Shown here piece by piece: positions 18,198-28,154 of a DNA stretch of 60,896 nt. Both the position numbers and the translations under genes were made by a program. The DNA comes from a virus (taxonomy: Duplodnaviria; Caudoviricetes), in IMG/VR virus record IMGVR_UViG_3300049137_000128, positions 1-60,896 of that record; one strand, written 5' to 3'. Every line of letters starts with the position of its first letter. The first letter of the stretch is position 1. The notes under the pieces were generated by a model. That model saw only the letters and a program-made list of their open reading frames with translations. It did no database searches and was not told the origin of the DNA.

Positions 18198-18995
18198 GTG
18201 GTCGCGGAGTTCGGTCCCTGCTCGGATTGGCCGGTTCAGTGGACGTGTGACGTGGACACCCTCAACCCGGCGGTGACCGGGGTGGCGGTGTCCATGGCCA
18301 CGGAGGCTCTGTGGAGCATGACCGGTCAGCGGTTCGGGCTGTGCGAGGTGACGCTGCGCCCGTGCCGCCGTGACTGCGGGGACGGTTCGTTCTTCGACGA
18401 CTTCGGACCGCCGTGGACGGGGGCGCAGTCGTATCCGCAACCTGCGCTGATCGGCGGCCAGTGGTTCAACCTCACGTGCGGGAGCTGCGCGGGCGACTGC
18501 TCGTGCAGCTCGGTATCTGAGGTGCTGCTGCCGGCGCCGGTCCTGCGGATCGTCGAGGTACTCATCGACGGGACGCCGCTCGTCACCGGGGCGTACCGGG
18601 TCGACAACAACCGGCTCCTCGTACGCACGGACGGCGGGGAGTGGCCACGCTGCAACGACCTCTCCCTGGCGGACACCGAGGTGGACACGTGGTCGGTGAC
18701 GGCGGTGTACGGGGAGGAGCTGCCGGACGGTGCTGCGCTGGCTGTGGGCCAGTTGGCGTGTGAGATCGCGAAGGCTGCGGCGGGTGGTGACTGCAAGCTT
18801 CCGGCGGGGTTGCAGCAGTTGGTGCGGCAGGGCGTGACGATCTCCTATCCGGATGTGGGTGAGCTGTTCCGGAAGGGGCGGACTGGTCTGTACCTCGTCG
18901 ACATGTTCGTGGCGACGTGGAATCCGAACGGGCTGCGTACACGGTCGCGCGTGTACTCGGTGGACCGGCCGTCGGTACGGAGAGCGGGGACCTGA
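18198..18995 (+). CDS. Head-to-tail adaptor
   Basis: ATEALW..TG.RFG.C..TLRPC, LACE.AK, RQGV, TG...VD....NP. Confidence 0.7.
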   Translation: MVAEFGPCSDWPVQWTCDVDTLNPAVTGVAVSMATEALWSMTGQRFGLCEVTLRPCRRDCGDGSFFDDFGPPWTGAQSYPQPALIGGQWFNLTCGSCAGDCSCSSVSEVLLPAPVLRIVEVLIDGTPLVTGAYRVDNNRLLVRTDGGEWPRCNDLSLADTEVDTWSVTAVYGEELPDGAALAVGQLACEIAKAAAGGDCKLPAGLQQLVRQGVTISYPDVGELFRKGRTGLYLVDMFVATWNPNGLRTRSRVYSVDRPSVRRAGT

Positions 18996-18996
18996 C

Positions 18997-19503
18997 GTGC
19001 CGATGATCTCGGGTGCGTTGAAGTGGTACACCGTAGCCACCCGGCTCCGTGATGCCGTGTTCGGTGAACTCACGACCAAGCCAGCCCGGTCGGGCGTTGT
19101 CCCCGGCCAGATCGCCTGGGACGAGTGCGACTGTGGACTACTTGCCGTGTCTGTCGCCAGGATCTTCCTTAGCGAGACGTTTCCCGACGAACTGTCCCGC
19201 CGGATCGGCAACGCGTGCGACGCGCCGTACGAGGTGGGCGAGTTCGTCATCCAGGTCATCCGCTGCGTACCCGGCGCCAGCGACCAGAGCATCGCTCCGA
19301 CCGTGGCCGAGCTGGACGAGTCGGCGCAGGAGGTTCTCCGCGACGCGTACGAGATGCTGAAGGGCGCGTCGGTGCTGCTGTGTGAGATGAACCGGGACCG
19401 GGAGATCTCCGACTTCATGCTGCGCCCGCTCACCGCGCAGGGCCCGACGGGTGTCTGTGGGGGCAACGAACTGCGGGCCTACGTGGCGCTGCCGAGGAAC
19501 TGA
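18997..19503 (+). CDS. Tail completion/terminator-like protein
   Basis: PG.IAWDEC, RC.P, GP.G.C.G; position; start could be ATG at 19003. Confidence 0.55.
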   Translation: MPMISGALKWYTVATRLRDAVFGELTTKPARSGVVPGQIAWDECDCGLLAVSVARIFLSETFPDELSRRIGNACDAPYEVGEFVIQVIRCVPGASDQSIAPTVAELDESAQEVLRDAYEMLKGASVLLCEMNRDREISDFMLRPLTAQGPTGVCGGNELRAYVALPRN

Positions 19504-19513
19504 GGGAGGCCCG

Positions 19514-19906
19514 GTGTTCACCGTCTCCACGAGCTTCGCCCTCGACCGGACCCGCATCGAGCGGATGCTGCGTCTGCCCGGCGGCATGGTCTACCGCAAC
19601 ATGGAACGCCGTGTCCGCCGCGCCGAAGCCGAAGCGATCCGGGGCGCGCCCGGCAGCATGGGGACCACGATCCGAGCGCAGATCCAGCGCGGGCCCGGCG
19701 GGGAGTTCCGAGGCGTCATCCGGGTTTCCCACCCCGCCGCCATTTACGTCACTGGCGGAACGCGTCCCCACGTGATCCGTCCTCGCAGGCCGGGCGGCGT
19801 GCTTCGGTTCACGGTGAACGGGCAGGTGGTGTTCGCGCGGTACGTCAACCACCCTGGGAACAAACCCAATGACTTCCTCAGGAAGGCTCTGCGCGCGGCG
19901 CTCTGA
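19514..19906 (+). CDS. HK97 gp10-like neck/tail protein
   Basis: GTRPH.IRP....LRF....VF...V.HPG.KPN.FL. Confidence 0.65.
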   Translation: MFTVSTSFALDRTRIERMLRLPGGMVYRNMERRVRRAEAEAIRGAPGSMGTTIRAQIQRGPGGEFRGVIRVSHPAAIYVTGGTRPHVIRPRRPGGVLRFTVNGQVVFARYVNHPGNKPNDFLRKALRAAL

Positions 19907-19910
19907 CCGC

Positions 19911-19950
19911 CCGGAATGATCTTCGCGGGACGGTACCTACCGTCCACACC
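19911..19950 (+). promoter_or_regulatory. Late promoter copy 7 (leaderless)
   Basis: CCGGAATGATC at 19911, TACCGT at 19938, ATG at 19951. Confidence 0.7.
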
Positions 19951-20403
19951 ATGACCCAGCCCATTCCCACCCCAGCCGCGCCGGTCAAGGACTTCAGCCG
20001 CAAACGCGAACGGCTGACCTTCCGCATCGACGACGACGTTTTTGAGGCCGCCACCGCCCTCCCGGGCAAGACCCTCGCACGGTTCGCCACCCGCTTCACC
20101 GACATCGAGAAGACACCCTTCGACAAGCAACTCGACGTCTTCGCCGACGCGCTGGCCATGGTCCTCCTTCCCGAGTCCAACAGCCGCTTCCAGAAACGCC
20201 TCGACGACCTAGAGAACCCCATCGAGCTGGAGCAGGCGTCCGACGTCATCACCTGGCTGCTGGAGCACTACGGGCTCCGCCCTACCGAGCCGTCCTCGGA
20301 CTCGTCCACTGGGCCTGCCAGCCCGGCATCTGGCACGAGCTCGACGGACGCGCAGCCGCAGCAGGCGTCGATCCCGGCGACCTTCCAGCCGACCGGTTCC
20401 TGA
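19951..20403 (+). CDS. Tail assembly chaperone (G)
   Basis: Upstream of tape measure; WLLEHYGLRPT followed by low-complexity tail. Confidence 0.7.
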   Translation: MTQPIPTPAAPVKDFSRKRERLTFRIDDDVFEAATALPGKTLARFATRFTDIEKTPFDKQLDVFADALAMVLLPESNSRFQKRLDDLENPIELEQASDVITWLLEHYGLRPTEPSSDSSTGPASPASGTSSTDAQPQQASIPATFQPTGS

Positions 20404-20630
20404 ACTGGATCTACGCCGAAATGGTTCAGCGCCTAGGCGTTCGCGAGAACGAGACACCCGACCGAGCCCGCAAGCGGTTCGACGGGCAACTCGGCGTGCG
20501 CAACTGGGCCATGCCCGGCACCGAGCGACAGGAGCCGGAGCCCCGCGACCCCAAGGCGCCCTGGTGGTGGGACAGCGCTGAGGACGCATCCCAGACCTTC
20601 CTCAAGTCCATGGGGGTGACCCTCACATGA
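20283..20630 (+). CDS. Tail assembly chaperone frameshifted extension (T)
   Basis: -1 frame open from 20283: YRAVLGLVHW..HELDG..GVDP.DLP.DRFLNWIY to stop at 20630. Confidence 0.6.
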   Translation, partial: YRAVLGLVHWACQPGIWHELDGRAAAAGVDPGDLPADRFLNWIYAEMVQRLGVRENETPDRARKRFDGQLGVRNWAMPGTERQEPEPRDPKAPWWWDSAEDASQTFLKSMGVTLT

Positions 20631-23600
20631 GCACCCCCGCAGGCGACGGCGCCCTCGCCGGCGACGCAACCATCCGCGTCGACGGCGACACCGACCCCGC
20701 AACCCGCGCCCTCGCCCGCTTCTCCCGCGACGCCCAAGGCCGCATCCGTGACGTACGAGGACGGTTCGTCTCCGAAACCGCCCTCATCAACCGCACCATC
20801 ACCAACAACACGCCCACCCTCACCATCAACACCGGGCCCGCGACGAACGCGCTCAACCAGTTCACCCGCGACGTCAACGGCCGACTCCGCGACGTCAACG
20901 GCCGCTTCGTCACCAGCGGCACCACCATCAACCAAACCCTCACCCGCGCTGCCGGAGGGGGCGACCGATTCGGCTTCAGCCTCCGCAACCTTGCGGGCGC
21001 GGCCCGCACCGCGGCCGGAATCCTCGGCAAAGTCAGCCTCGGCATCGGCGCCATCGGCGCGGCCGCCGGAACCGCCGCACCGCTGCTGGCCGGGATCGTC
21101 ACCACCCTGGAGAACATCGCGCCAGCCGGAGCCGTCGCGGTCACCGGCATGCTGGCCGTAACGCAGGCTACGGCCGTAATCCGGCTCGGCATGGCCGGCG
21201 TCAGTGACGCCGCCACTGCCGCGTTCGACACCAGCGAGGCCGGAGCGAAGAAGTTCGACGAGGCGCTGAAGAAACTCGCCCCGAACGCCCGCTCGTTCGC
21301 CCTCCAGGTCAAGGAACTCCAGCCCGCATTCCAGCGCTTCCAGCAGGGCATCCAGAATCAGCTATTCGCCGGGTTCGCAGGCGAGTTGCAGCGTCTGTCC
21401 ACCACGGTGATGCCGGTCGTCCGCAAGAACCTCGACGACACCGCCGTCTCCCTCAACCGCATGGCCCTCGGCGCTGGAGCGGCAGCCCGGGGTCTCGCCA
21501 CGAGCGGCACCCTCGGCAAGGCCATGGCTGGCGCGAACCAGGGTCTGACCAACCTGCAGAAGATCCCGGGCCAGGTAGTCACGGCGCTGGGTCAGCTTGC
21601 CACTGCGGGTGCTCCCGCGTTCGACCGGCTGACGGCTGGAGCGGCTGGGTTCGCCACGGGGATCAGCGAGAAGCTCAACAGCGCGTTCGAGTCGGGCGCC
21701 TTGACCGACGCGGTCAACACGGCCGTCGATGTGCTGAAGGATTTGGGCACGGTCGCGGGCAACGTCTTCGGGATTCTCGGCAATGTCATGGCGCCGGTGC
21801 AGGCTGCGGGCGGTGGCTTGGTCGGGACCCTGACGGAGATCACGGGGGCACTGCGGGACGCGACGGCGACGGAGGGTTTCCAGTCTGCGATCAGCGCCGT
21901 AGCCCAGGTCATGGCTACTTTGGCGCAGACTGCCGGGCCGCTGCTCGGGCAGGCGCTGGCTGCGATCGGCCCCATTTTCACCACCTTGCAGGGCCCGGCC
22001 ACGACCTTGATCCAATCCTTGGGCGCCGGGCTCTCGCCGATCATCGGCGCGCTCGGGCCCGTTCTGCAGTCTGCGGCTGGAGCCGTCGGGGTGCTTGTCG
22101 AGGCCGCGGCACCTTTGCTGCCCGTCGTTGGGCAACTCGCGGCCAGTTTGCTGCCTGCGCTGGTTCCGATCCTGGACGCAGCGCAGACCGTTTTCGCCGC
22201 ACTTGCCCCAGTTGTCCAGACTTTGAGCCAGACTTTGCAGGCGACCTTGGCGCCCATCCTGGCTCAACTGCCAGGCATCGTCGGGCCGTTGGCGAACATG
22301 CTGGCCGGGCAGCTCGTGATGGGGATCCAGCTCCTCGGCGGCATGCTGGTCAAACTTGCCCCATCTTTTGTCAGTTTGGGTCAGTCTGTCGGTCAACTCA
22401 TGGCCCAAGCCGCCCCCTTGATCAGCATGATCGCCGGGCTCAGCACCCAGCTCATGGGCGCCCTGCTGCCCGCCATACAGCCGGTGATCAACGTCGTCGT
22501 CGCCCTCGCGTCCGCACTCGCCGGGCAACTCGCGTCCACCCTGACCAACTTGATCATGCCCGCCTTGCGACTCGTCGGCGATCTTCTGCGCGGTGACTTC
22601 TCCGCCGCCTGGAACTCACTGAAAGCACTGGTCAGCGGCGTCGTCTCCCACTTCACCGGCACCTTGTCCCGCATCGGCAGCGTCGTCGGCTCCATCGTCC
22701 AGGGCGTCGTCGACCGCTTCAAATGGCTCTACAACATACTCATCGGCAACAGCATCATCCCGGACATGATCACCGGGATCGTCGGCTGGTTCACCCGCCT
22801 GCCCGGCATGGCCTTCTCCGCCCTCGCCTCCCTCACCTCCGGCATCGCCCGCATCGCGACCACCGCCCTCTCCCGCTTCCGGTCCGCGATCGTCTCCGGC
22901 GCCACCACAGCCATCAACTTCGTACGAGGAATCCCAGGCCGCGCCCGCTCCGCCCTCACCGCCCTCGGCGGCCTGATCGCCTCCGTCGCCACCTCAGCAT
23001 TCAGCCGCTTCCGGTCCGCGATCTCCTCCGGCGCATCCAACGCCATCAGCTTCGTGCGCGGCATCCCCGGCCGCATCCGAGGCGCCCTCGGCAACGCGGG
23101 AAGCATCCTCTACAGCGCCGGACGCAACGTCATCCAAGGCATGATCAACGGCGTCAAGGCCATGGCCGGATCCCTGGTCTCCGCAGCGAAAGGCGTCGTC
23201 AGCGGCGCAGTCGAAGGAGCGAAGTCCCTCCTCGGCATCAGCAGCCCCTCGAAGGTGTTCGCACAGATCGGTCGCGACACCGGCGCCGGATTCATCAAGG
23301 GACTCACCGGCACCGAAGCCCAGATCAAAGCAGCCGCCGAGAAAGTCACCAACTCCATCACCAAAGCCTTCCGAGGACGGCGCACCCGCGTCGACGACCG
23401 GCTCGTCAGCTTGGTGCAGTCGGGCAACCGGCGTCTGCAGTCGCTGGCCGGGCAGCGGGACTCGATCGCCAAACGGATCGCCGACGCACAGAAGTTCGCC
23501 ACCGACCTCACCGCGAAGGCCCGCGCCACCGGCAGCCTCTCCTCCATCGTCTCCGAGGACTTCTTCGCCCCCAGCTACGTCGAGAAGCAGATGCGCAAGT

Positions 23601-24316
23601 CCCTCGCGCAGATCAAGTCGTTCACCGCGAACGTCACCAAGCTGCAGAAGAAGGGCCTGTCGAAGGACCTGATCCGGCAGATCCTGGAGATGGGACCCGA
23701 GGCCGGAGCCCAGTTCGCAGCCTCCCTCGCCGGGGCGGACAAGGCGACGATCCAGCGGTTCAACAAGTTGCAGGGACAGATCGGCTCGGCCTCCAGCAAG
23801 CTGGGCAAGCAGGGCGCGGACCTCCTCTTCGACTCCGGAAAGAAAGCCGGAGCCGGGTTCCTCACCGGACTGAAGGCGCAGCAGAAGAACATCGAGAAGC
23901 TCATGCTCAGCATCGCCCGAGGCATGCAGCGCGCTATCCGTAAGGCGCTCGGCATCCGATCCCCGTCACGGGTCATGGCCTCGGTCGGCCGCATGACCGT
24001 CCTCGGCCTGCAAGGCGGCATCACCCGCATGGTCCCCGCCGTCGACCAGGCCATGGCCCGCGTCGCCCAAGCCGTCACCACCGGAGTACCCACCACACTG
24101 CCCGCCGCTCTCGGCGGGACGGGAGTGCCGGCGCTCGGCGTCGGGGCGATGCGTACCGCCGGCAGGCCAACGGCCGGGGCAACGGTGAACATCACCCTGC
24201 AGCTGACCAACCACGGGGTGATCGGGTCCCGCATGGAGGCAGAGAACTGGCTCGCCCGCGCCCTCGTCAACCTCGACCGCACCGGCCGCCTCCCCAAGTC
24301 GCTGAGGGCGGCCTGA
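20627..24316 (+). CDS. Tape measure protein
   Basis: 1229 aa Ala/Gly/Leu-rich helical repeats, two GI.SPS.V motifs, N-terminal RD..GR.RD..GRF repeats. Confidence 0.92.
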   Translation: MSTPAGDGALAGDATIRVDGDTDPATRALARFSRDAQGRIRDVRGRFVSETALINRTITNNTPTLTINTGPATNALNQFTRDVNGRLRDVNGRFVTSGTTINQTLTRAAGGGDRFGFSLRNLAGAARTAAGILGKVSLGIGAIGAAAGTAAPLLAGIVTTLENIAPAGAVAVTGMLAVTQATAVIRLGMAGVSDAATAAFDTSEAGAKKFDEALKKLAPNARSFALQVKELQPAFQRFQQGIQNQLFAGFAGELQRLSTTVMPVVRKNLDDTAVSLNRMALGAGAAARGLATSGTLGKAMAGANQGLTNLQKIPGQVVTALGQLATAGAPAFDRLTAGAAGFATGISEKLNSAFESGALTDAVNTAVDVLKDLGTVAGNVFGILGNVMAPVQAAGGGLVGTLTEITGALRDATATEGFQSAISAVAQVMATLAQTAGPLLGQALAAIGPIFTTLQGPATTLIQSLGAGLSPIIGALGPVLQSAAGAVGVLVEAAAPLLPVVGQLAASLLPALVPILDAAQTVFAALAPVVQTLSQTLQATLAPILAQLPGIVGPLANMLAGQLVMGIQLLGGMLVKLAPSFVSLGQSVGQLMAQAAPLISMIAGLSTQLMGALLPAIQPVINVVVALASALAGQLASTLTNLIMPALRLVGDLLRGDFSAAWNSLKALVSGVVSHFTGTLSRIGSVVGSIVQGVVDRFKWLYNILIGNSIIPDMITGIVGWFTRLPGMAFSALASLTSGIARIATTALSRFRSAIVSGATTAINFVRGIPGRARSALTALGGLIASVATSAFSRFRSAISSGASNAISFVRGIPGRIRGALGNAGSILYSAGRNVIQGMINGVKAMAGSLVSAAKGVVSGAVEGAKSLLGISSPSKVFAQIGRDTGAGFIKGLTGTEAQIKAAAEKVTNSITKAFRGRRTRVDDRLVSLVQSGNRRLQSLAGQRDSIAKRIADAQKFATDLTAKARATGSLSSIVSEDFFAPSYVEKQMRKSLAQIKSFTANVTKLQKKGLSKDLIRQILEMGPEAGAQFAASLAGADKATIQRFNKLQGQIGSASSKLGKQGADLLFDSGKKAGAGFLTGLKAQQKNIEKLMLSIARGMQRAIRKALGIRSPSRVMASVGRMTVLGLQGGITRMVPAVDQAMARVAQAVTTGVPTTLPAALGGTGVPALGVGAMRTAGRPTAGATVNITLQLTNHGVIGSRMEAENWLARALVNLDRTGRLPKSLRAA

Positions 24317-24317
24317 G

Positions 24318-26261
24318 ATGCCGCTGACCGGGGAACTCCGCGACTCCTTCAACGACAACGTGGTCGACACCGTCAAGTGGCCCAACAACTACAACACCGG
24401 CGCCTCCGGCCTGCCCACCGAAACCGGCGGCCGCGCCCGCGTCCCCTGCGACACCGGCTTCGCCGCCTACTCCTCCGACACCATCTACACCCTTCAAGAC
24501 AGCACGGCCCGCGTCCGTATCTTCCCGCCCGCCGACGGCGGCGCAGCATCCGAGGCATGGGCGCAACTCCTGGTCGCCTCCAGCACCTCCGGCACCGACG
24601 CCGTCATCGAAGTGAACGCCGCCACCGGCACCATCACCTTCGCCAGCCGCACCGGCTTCGCCGATGCAGGCGCCGTCACCCTCATCTACAGCACCACCAA
24701 CCACGCCTGGGTACGCATCCGTGAGGGCGCCGGAACGCTGTTCTTCGACACGTCCGCCGACGGCATCACCTGGACCAACCAGCGCACCACCGCAGCCCCC
24801 GCCTGGGTGTCGGACACCGACATCCAAATCCAGCTGCTCGCCCACCGCGACGCCGGGGTCGTCGACTTCGCCGAGTTCGACAACTTCAACATCACCCCGT
24901 CCACGGCCGTGTTCGCGGACCTCACGGACGACTTCAACGACAACGTCGTTGACCCGGTGAAATGGCCCGACAACTACAACAGCGGACCCGGAGGACTCCC
25001 CACAGAGACCGGCGGCCGCGCGCGCGTACCCGCCGACACCGGGTTCGCCGCATACGCGTCGGAACCCATCTACCGCCTCGAAGCCTCCCACGCATTCGTG
25101 CAGGCCTTCCCGCCGCCCGGCACCGGCATGATCGAGGCATACTGCCAACTTCTCATCGTGTCCAACGTCGACGGCACACAGATCGTGTTCCAGATCGACG
25201 CCGCCACCAGCATCGTTCTCATGACCCTCCACGTCGACTTCGTCGACGAAGGCGGCGCCACCATCCCCTACGACCCCACCCAGCATGCGTGGATCCGCAT
25301 CCGCGAGGACGCCGGCACCCTGTACTGGGAGACCGCGCCCGACGGGCGCACGTGGACAAGCCAGCACTCCGACACCGCCCCGTCGTGGGTGTCGGACAAT
25401 GACCTCCAAGTGCAGCTCCTGGCGCACGCCAGCCCTGTCGTGACCGGCTCACCGACGGGCGAGTACGCAGAGTTCGACAACTTCAACATCGCACCCACCC
25501 TCCCCGACGGGTACGCCGTTGGCGTCGACTGGAACGGTGACGGCGACTACGACGACACCGCCGAGAACGTCACCGAAGACGTCCTCGCGAGCGGCCCCGT
25601 CACCTTCCAGTACGGCCGCGACCAAGCCCGCGCCCTGTCCCCGCCCGCAGTTGGAACGTTGGGCTTCTCCCTGTGCAACGCCGCCCGCATCTACTCGCCG
25701 GAGAATCCCGACAGTCCCATCGCCGACGACATCGCCCCCGCCGCCCCCATCAAGGTGGAAGAGGTCATCAACAACACCCTCTACCCGCTGATGACCGGCC
25801 GCGTCGACACCTTCGACGTCCGCACCGACCGAGGCGACCGCTCCGCCGTCATCACCGGCCTCGACGGCCTCGCCCTCCTACGCGGCGCGAAAATCTCCAC
25901 GGAACTGTACGAGGCGCAGCGCACCGGCACCCTCGTCGGCGTCATCCTCGACACGATCGGCTGGACCGCCGGACGGGACATCGACCTCGGCGCCACCCAC
26001 GTGCCCTGGTGGTGGGCCAGCCAAGCCGACGCGTTCGACCTCCTCACCGAACTCCTCGCCTCCGAAGGGCCCCCGTCGATCGCGTACGTCGCACCCGACG
26101 GCACGTTCGTCTACCGCGACCGCCACCACCGGCTGCTCCGAGCAGCCTCCCTGACCTCACAAGCAACGTTCGCCCAGACCCGCACCGCCGAAGAGTGCTG
26201 CGACACCGCCGGATACGGCGAAGGCGGCTACGGCGACTGCGGATACGGAGGATCCACATGA
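24318..26261 (+). CDS. Minor tail protein: two tandem lectin-like domains plus hub-like region
   Basis: About 195-aa duplicated unit (D.FNDNVVD.VKWP...AEFDNFNI), then VDWNGDG, YGRDQAR, DG.FVYRDR. Confidence 0.7.
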   Translation: MPLTGELRDSFNDNVVDTVKWPNNYNTGASGLPTETGGRARVPCDTGFAAYSSDTIYTLQDSTARVRIFPPADGGAASEAWAQLLVASSTSGTDAVIEVNAATGTITFASRTGFADAGAVTLIYSTTNHAWVRIREGAGTLFFDTSADGITWTNQRTTAAPAWVSDTDIQIQLLAHRDAGVVDFAEFDNFNITPSTAVFADLTDDFNDNVVDPVKWPDNYNSGPGGLPTETGGRARVPADTGFAAYASEPIYRLEASHAFVQAFPPPGTGMIEAYCQLLIVSNVDGTQIVFQIDAATSIVLMTLHVDFVDEGGATIPYDPTQHAWIRIREDAGTLYWETAPDGRTWTSQHSDTAPSWVSDNDLQVQLLAHASPVVTGSPTGEYAEFDNFNIAPTLPDGYAVGVDWNGDGDYDDTAENVTEDVLASGPVTFQYGRDQARALSPPAVGTLGFSLCNAARIYSPENPDSPIADDIAPAAPIKVEEVINNTLYPLMTGRVDTFDVRTDRGDRSAVITGLDGLALLRGAKISTELYEAQRTGTLVGVILDTIGWTAGRDIDLGATHVPWWWASQADAFDLLTELLASEGPPSIAYVAPDGTFVYRDRHHRLLRAASLTSQATFAQTRTAEECCDTAGYGEGGYGDCGYGGST

Positions 26262-26875
26262 CCTTCACCCCCATCCCCGCCGGAACACTCCACTGGGCTG
26301 AACCGCTCAACGCCGCCCTGCAAGACCTTCAGGACCAGATCGAGTCCTACAGCCTCTTCGGCCCGCAGGACCACAACCTGCTGGCCTGGACGATGGACCC
26401 GGCCCTCACCCAGACAGGCACCATCCTCACCTCCGGCGTCCTGTACATGGCCCGGATCAAACTCCCCGAAGACAGCACCGTCACCAACCTCATCGCCAGC
26501 GTCACCACCGGCGGCACCACCCTCACAGCAGGCCAAAACTTTGCCGCGCTCTACACCTCCACCGGCACCCGGATCGCGATCACCGCAGACCAGGCAGCCT
26601 CATGGGCAGGCGCCGGAGCCAAGACGATGGCACTCGCCGGAGGCCCGTACGCGCTCACCGCCGGAACGTACTACGCGGCCCTCCTCGCCAACGGAACGAC
26701 GCCCCCTACCTTCCTGCGCGGCCACGGCATCTCCACCTCCACCCTGAACATCGGCGTCACCTCCACGGCCGGACGCTCCCTGACGTCCGGCGCCGCCCAG
26801 ACCACGCCGCCCGCCTCGGTCACGCTCGGATCCGCCAGCCTGGACTTCAAGGCCTGGTGGCTCGCCCTCTCCTAG
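26258..26875 (+). CDS. Minor tail/fibre-like protein
   Basis: GGAGG RBS, ATGA overlap, W..PLNAAL N-terminus, Thr/Ala/Gly-rich beta body. Confidence 0.6.
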   Translation: MTFTPIPAGTLHWAEPLNAALQDLQDQIESYSLFGPQDHNLLAWTMDPALTQTGTILTSGVLYMARIKLPEDSTVTNLIASVTTGGTTLTAGQNFAALYTSTGTRIAITADQAASWAGAGAKTMALAGGPYALTAGTYYAALLANGTTPPTFLRGHGISTSTLNIGVTSTAGRSLTSGAAQTTPPASVTLGSASLDFKAWWLALS

Positions 26876-26885
26876 GAGAACTCCT

Positions 26886-27767
26886 GTGGCCTTCGACTTC
26901 ATCGAGCCGTTCGAGTACAGCCACGGCTGGCGCGACATCGTCAACGACGTCGTCTTCGCCGTCGAGGAACGCCACCCCGACGCCGCCCTGTCCGCCGTAT
27001 GGGAATCAACCGCCACGATCTCCCTGGCCATCGGCCAGTCCGTCACCGTCGACGTCCAAACGAGCGACCCCTTCCTCGACGCCCAAGACATTGCTGACGG
27101 CACCGACATCATCTACAGCGGCGCCGGCATCCCCTCCACCCTGCTGTCGCGGCGCTCGGGGCAGTCTGCCGCCATCACCATCACCGCTGCCGGCGGATCG
27201 CTGACCATCACCTACCTACGGTTGCGGGCCCGTTCCGTGCCCGTCGTCCGCACGGTGCAAGTGGGTGCTACGGATTCGACCTCGATCGGCCGGCACGGGC
27301 AGCGCACGTATCCCGACGAGGCTCCGTGGGCGGGCGCGTACGATGCGCTGGCCGTGGCGCAGCTGCTGCTCGCGGCGTACTCGGAACGCCGGCCGACGGT
27401 GTCTTTGCGGATCGTGTCCTCGGACCTGGCGCACCATCTGCAGGTGGTGGAGCGGCAGATCTCCGACCTGATCACGATCCGCAACGGTGAGCTGGGTCTG
27501 GCCGCTGACTTCTTCATCGAGAACGTGCAGCACACCCTGGCGCGCATGGTCGGCCAGGACGACTGTCCGGGTCCGGTGCACTATGCGACGTTCGGCTGTG
27601 AGCGGTCGGGCACCGTGGTCCCCGACAACCCGTTCACGTTCGACAAGGCAGGGTCCGGCTTCGACGACGGCGTGTTCGACCCGACGGCGGCCGACAACCC
27701 GGAGACGGTGTTTGTCTTCGATCACCCCACGCAGGGCCAGTTCGACTTCGGCCAGTTCGGCACCTGA
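26886..27767 (+). CDS. Minor tail protein (hub C-terminal part)
   Basis: DIVNDV, D.TSI.RHG.R, FFIE.VQH, FTFD..G.GFD.G.F. Confidence 0.65.
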   Translation: MAFDFIEPFEYSHGWRDIVNDVVFAVEERHPDAALSAVWESTATISLAIGQSVTVDVQTSDPFLDAQDIADGTDIIYSGAGIPSTLLSRRSGQSAAITITAAGGSLTITYLRLRARSVPVVRTVQVGATDSTSIGRHGQRTYPDEAPWAGAYDALAVAQLLLAAYSERRPTVSLRIVSSDLAHHLQVVERQISDLITIRNGELGLAADFFIENVQHTLARMVGQDDCPGPVHYATFGCERSGTVVPDNPFTFDKAGSGFDDGVFDPTAADNPETVFVFDHPTQGQFDFGQFGT

Positions 27768-27772
27768 CCACC

Positions 27773-27812
27773 CCGGAATGATCTTCGGTGTGGGGTGTCT
27801 ACCGTCCGCCCC
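27773..27812 (+). promoter_or_regulatory. Late promoter copy 8 (leaderless)
   Basis: CCGGAATGATC at 27773, TACCGT at 27800, ATG at 27813. Confidence 0.7.
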
Positions 27813-28154
27813 ATGGCCCAACTCCTCACCACCCGCGCCCGAGCCCGGGTCAACCACGGGCGCTGGATCGCCGACTGCCCCCGCCGGTACTGCGCCAACG
27901 CCGTCAAACTCCAGCCCCGGCAGGCATCGTTCCACTGCGCCGGTGAAGGCGGCTGCCAGATGATCGCCCCCGTGGAGTGGCCGGTGGACGCGGACGAGAT
28001 CTGGGCCGTGCTCCTGGAGCGGCCAGTACCCGGCACCCGGAACTGGTACCCCGACGGGCACACCGAGGCCATGAAGCTGGGCCTCCCGCACGGGCAGACA
28101 CCGGCCGACCTGCTGGACGAGACGCGCCGCTACGAGGACGGGGAGGCGATGTAG
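27813..28154 (+). CDS. Cys-rich hypothetical protein in tail region
   Basis: NHGRWIADCP...C..F.C.....C, RNW.P motifs. Confidence 0.65.
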   Translation: MAQLLTTRARARVNHGRWIADCPRRYCANAVKLQPRQASFHCAGEGGCQMIAPVEWPVDADEIWAVLLERPVPGTRNWYPDGHTEAMKLGLPHGQTPADLLDETRRYEDGEAM

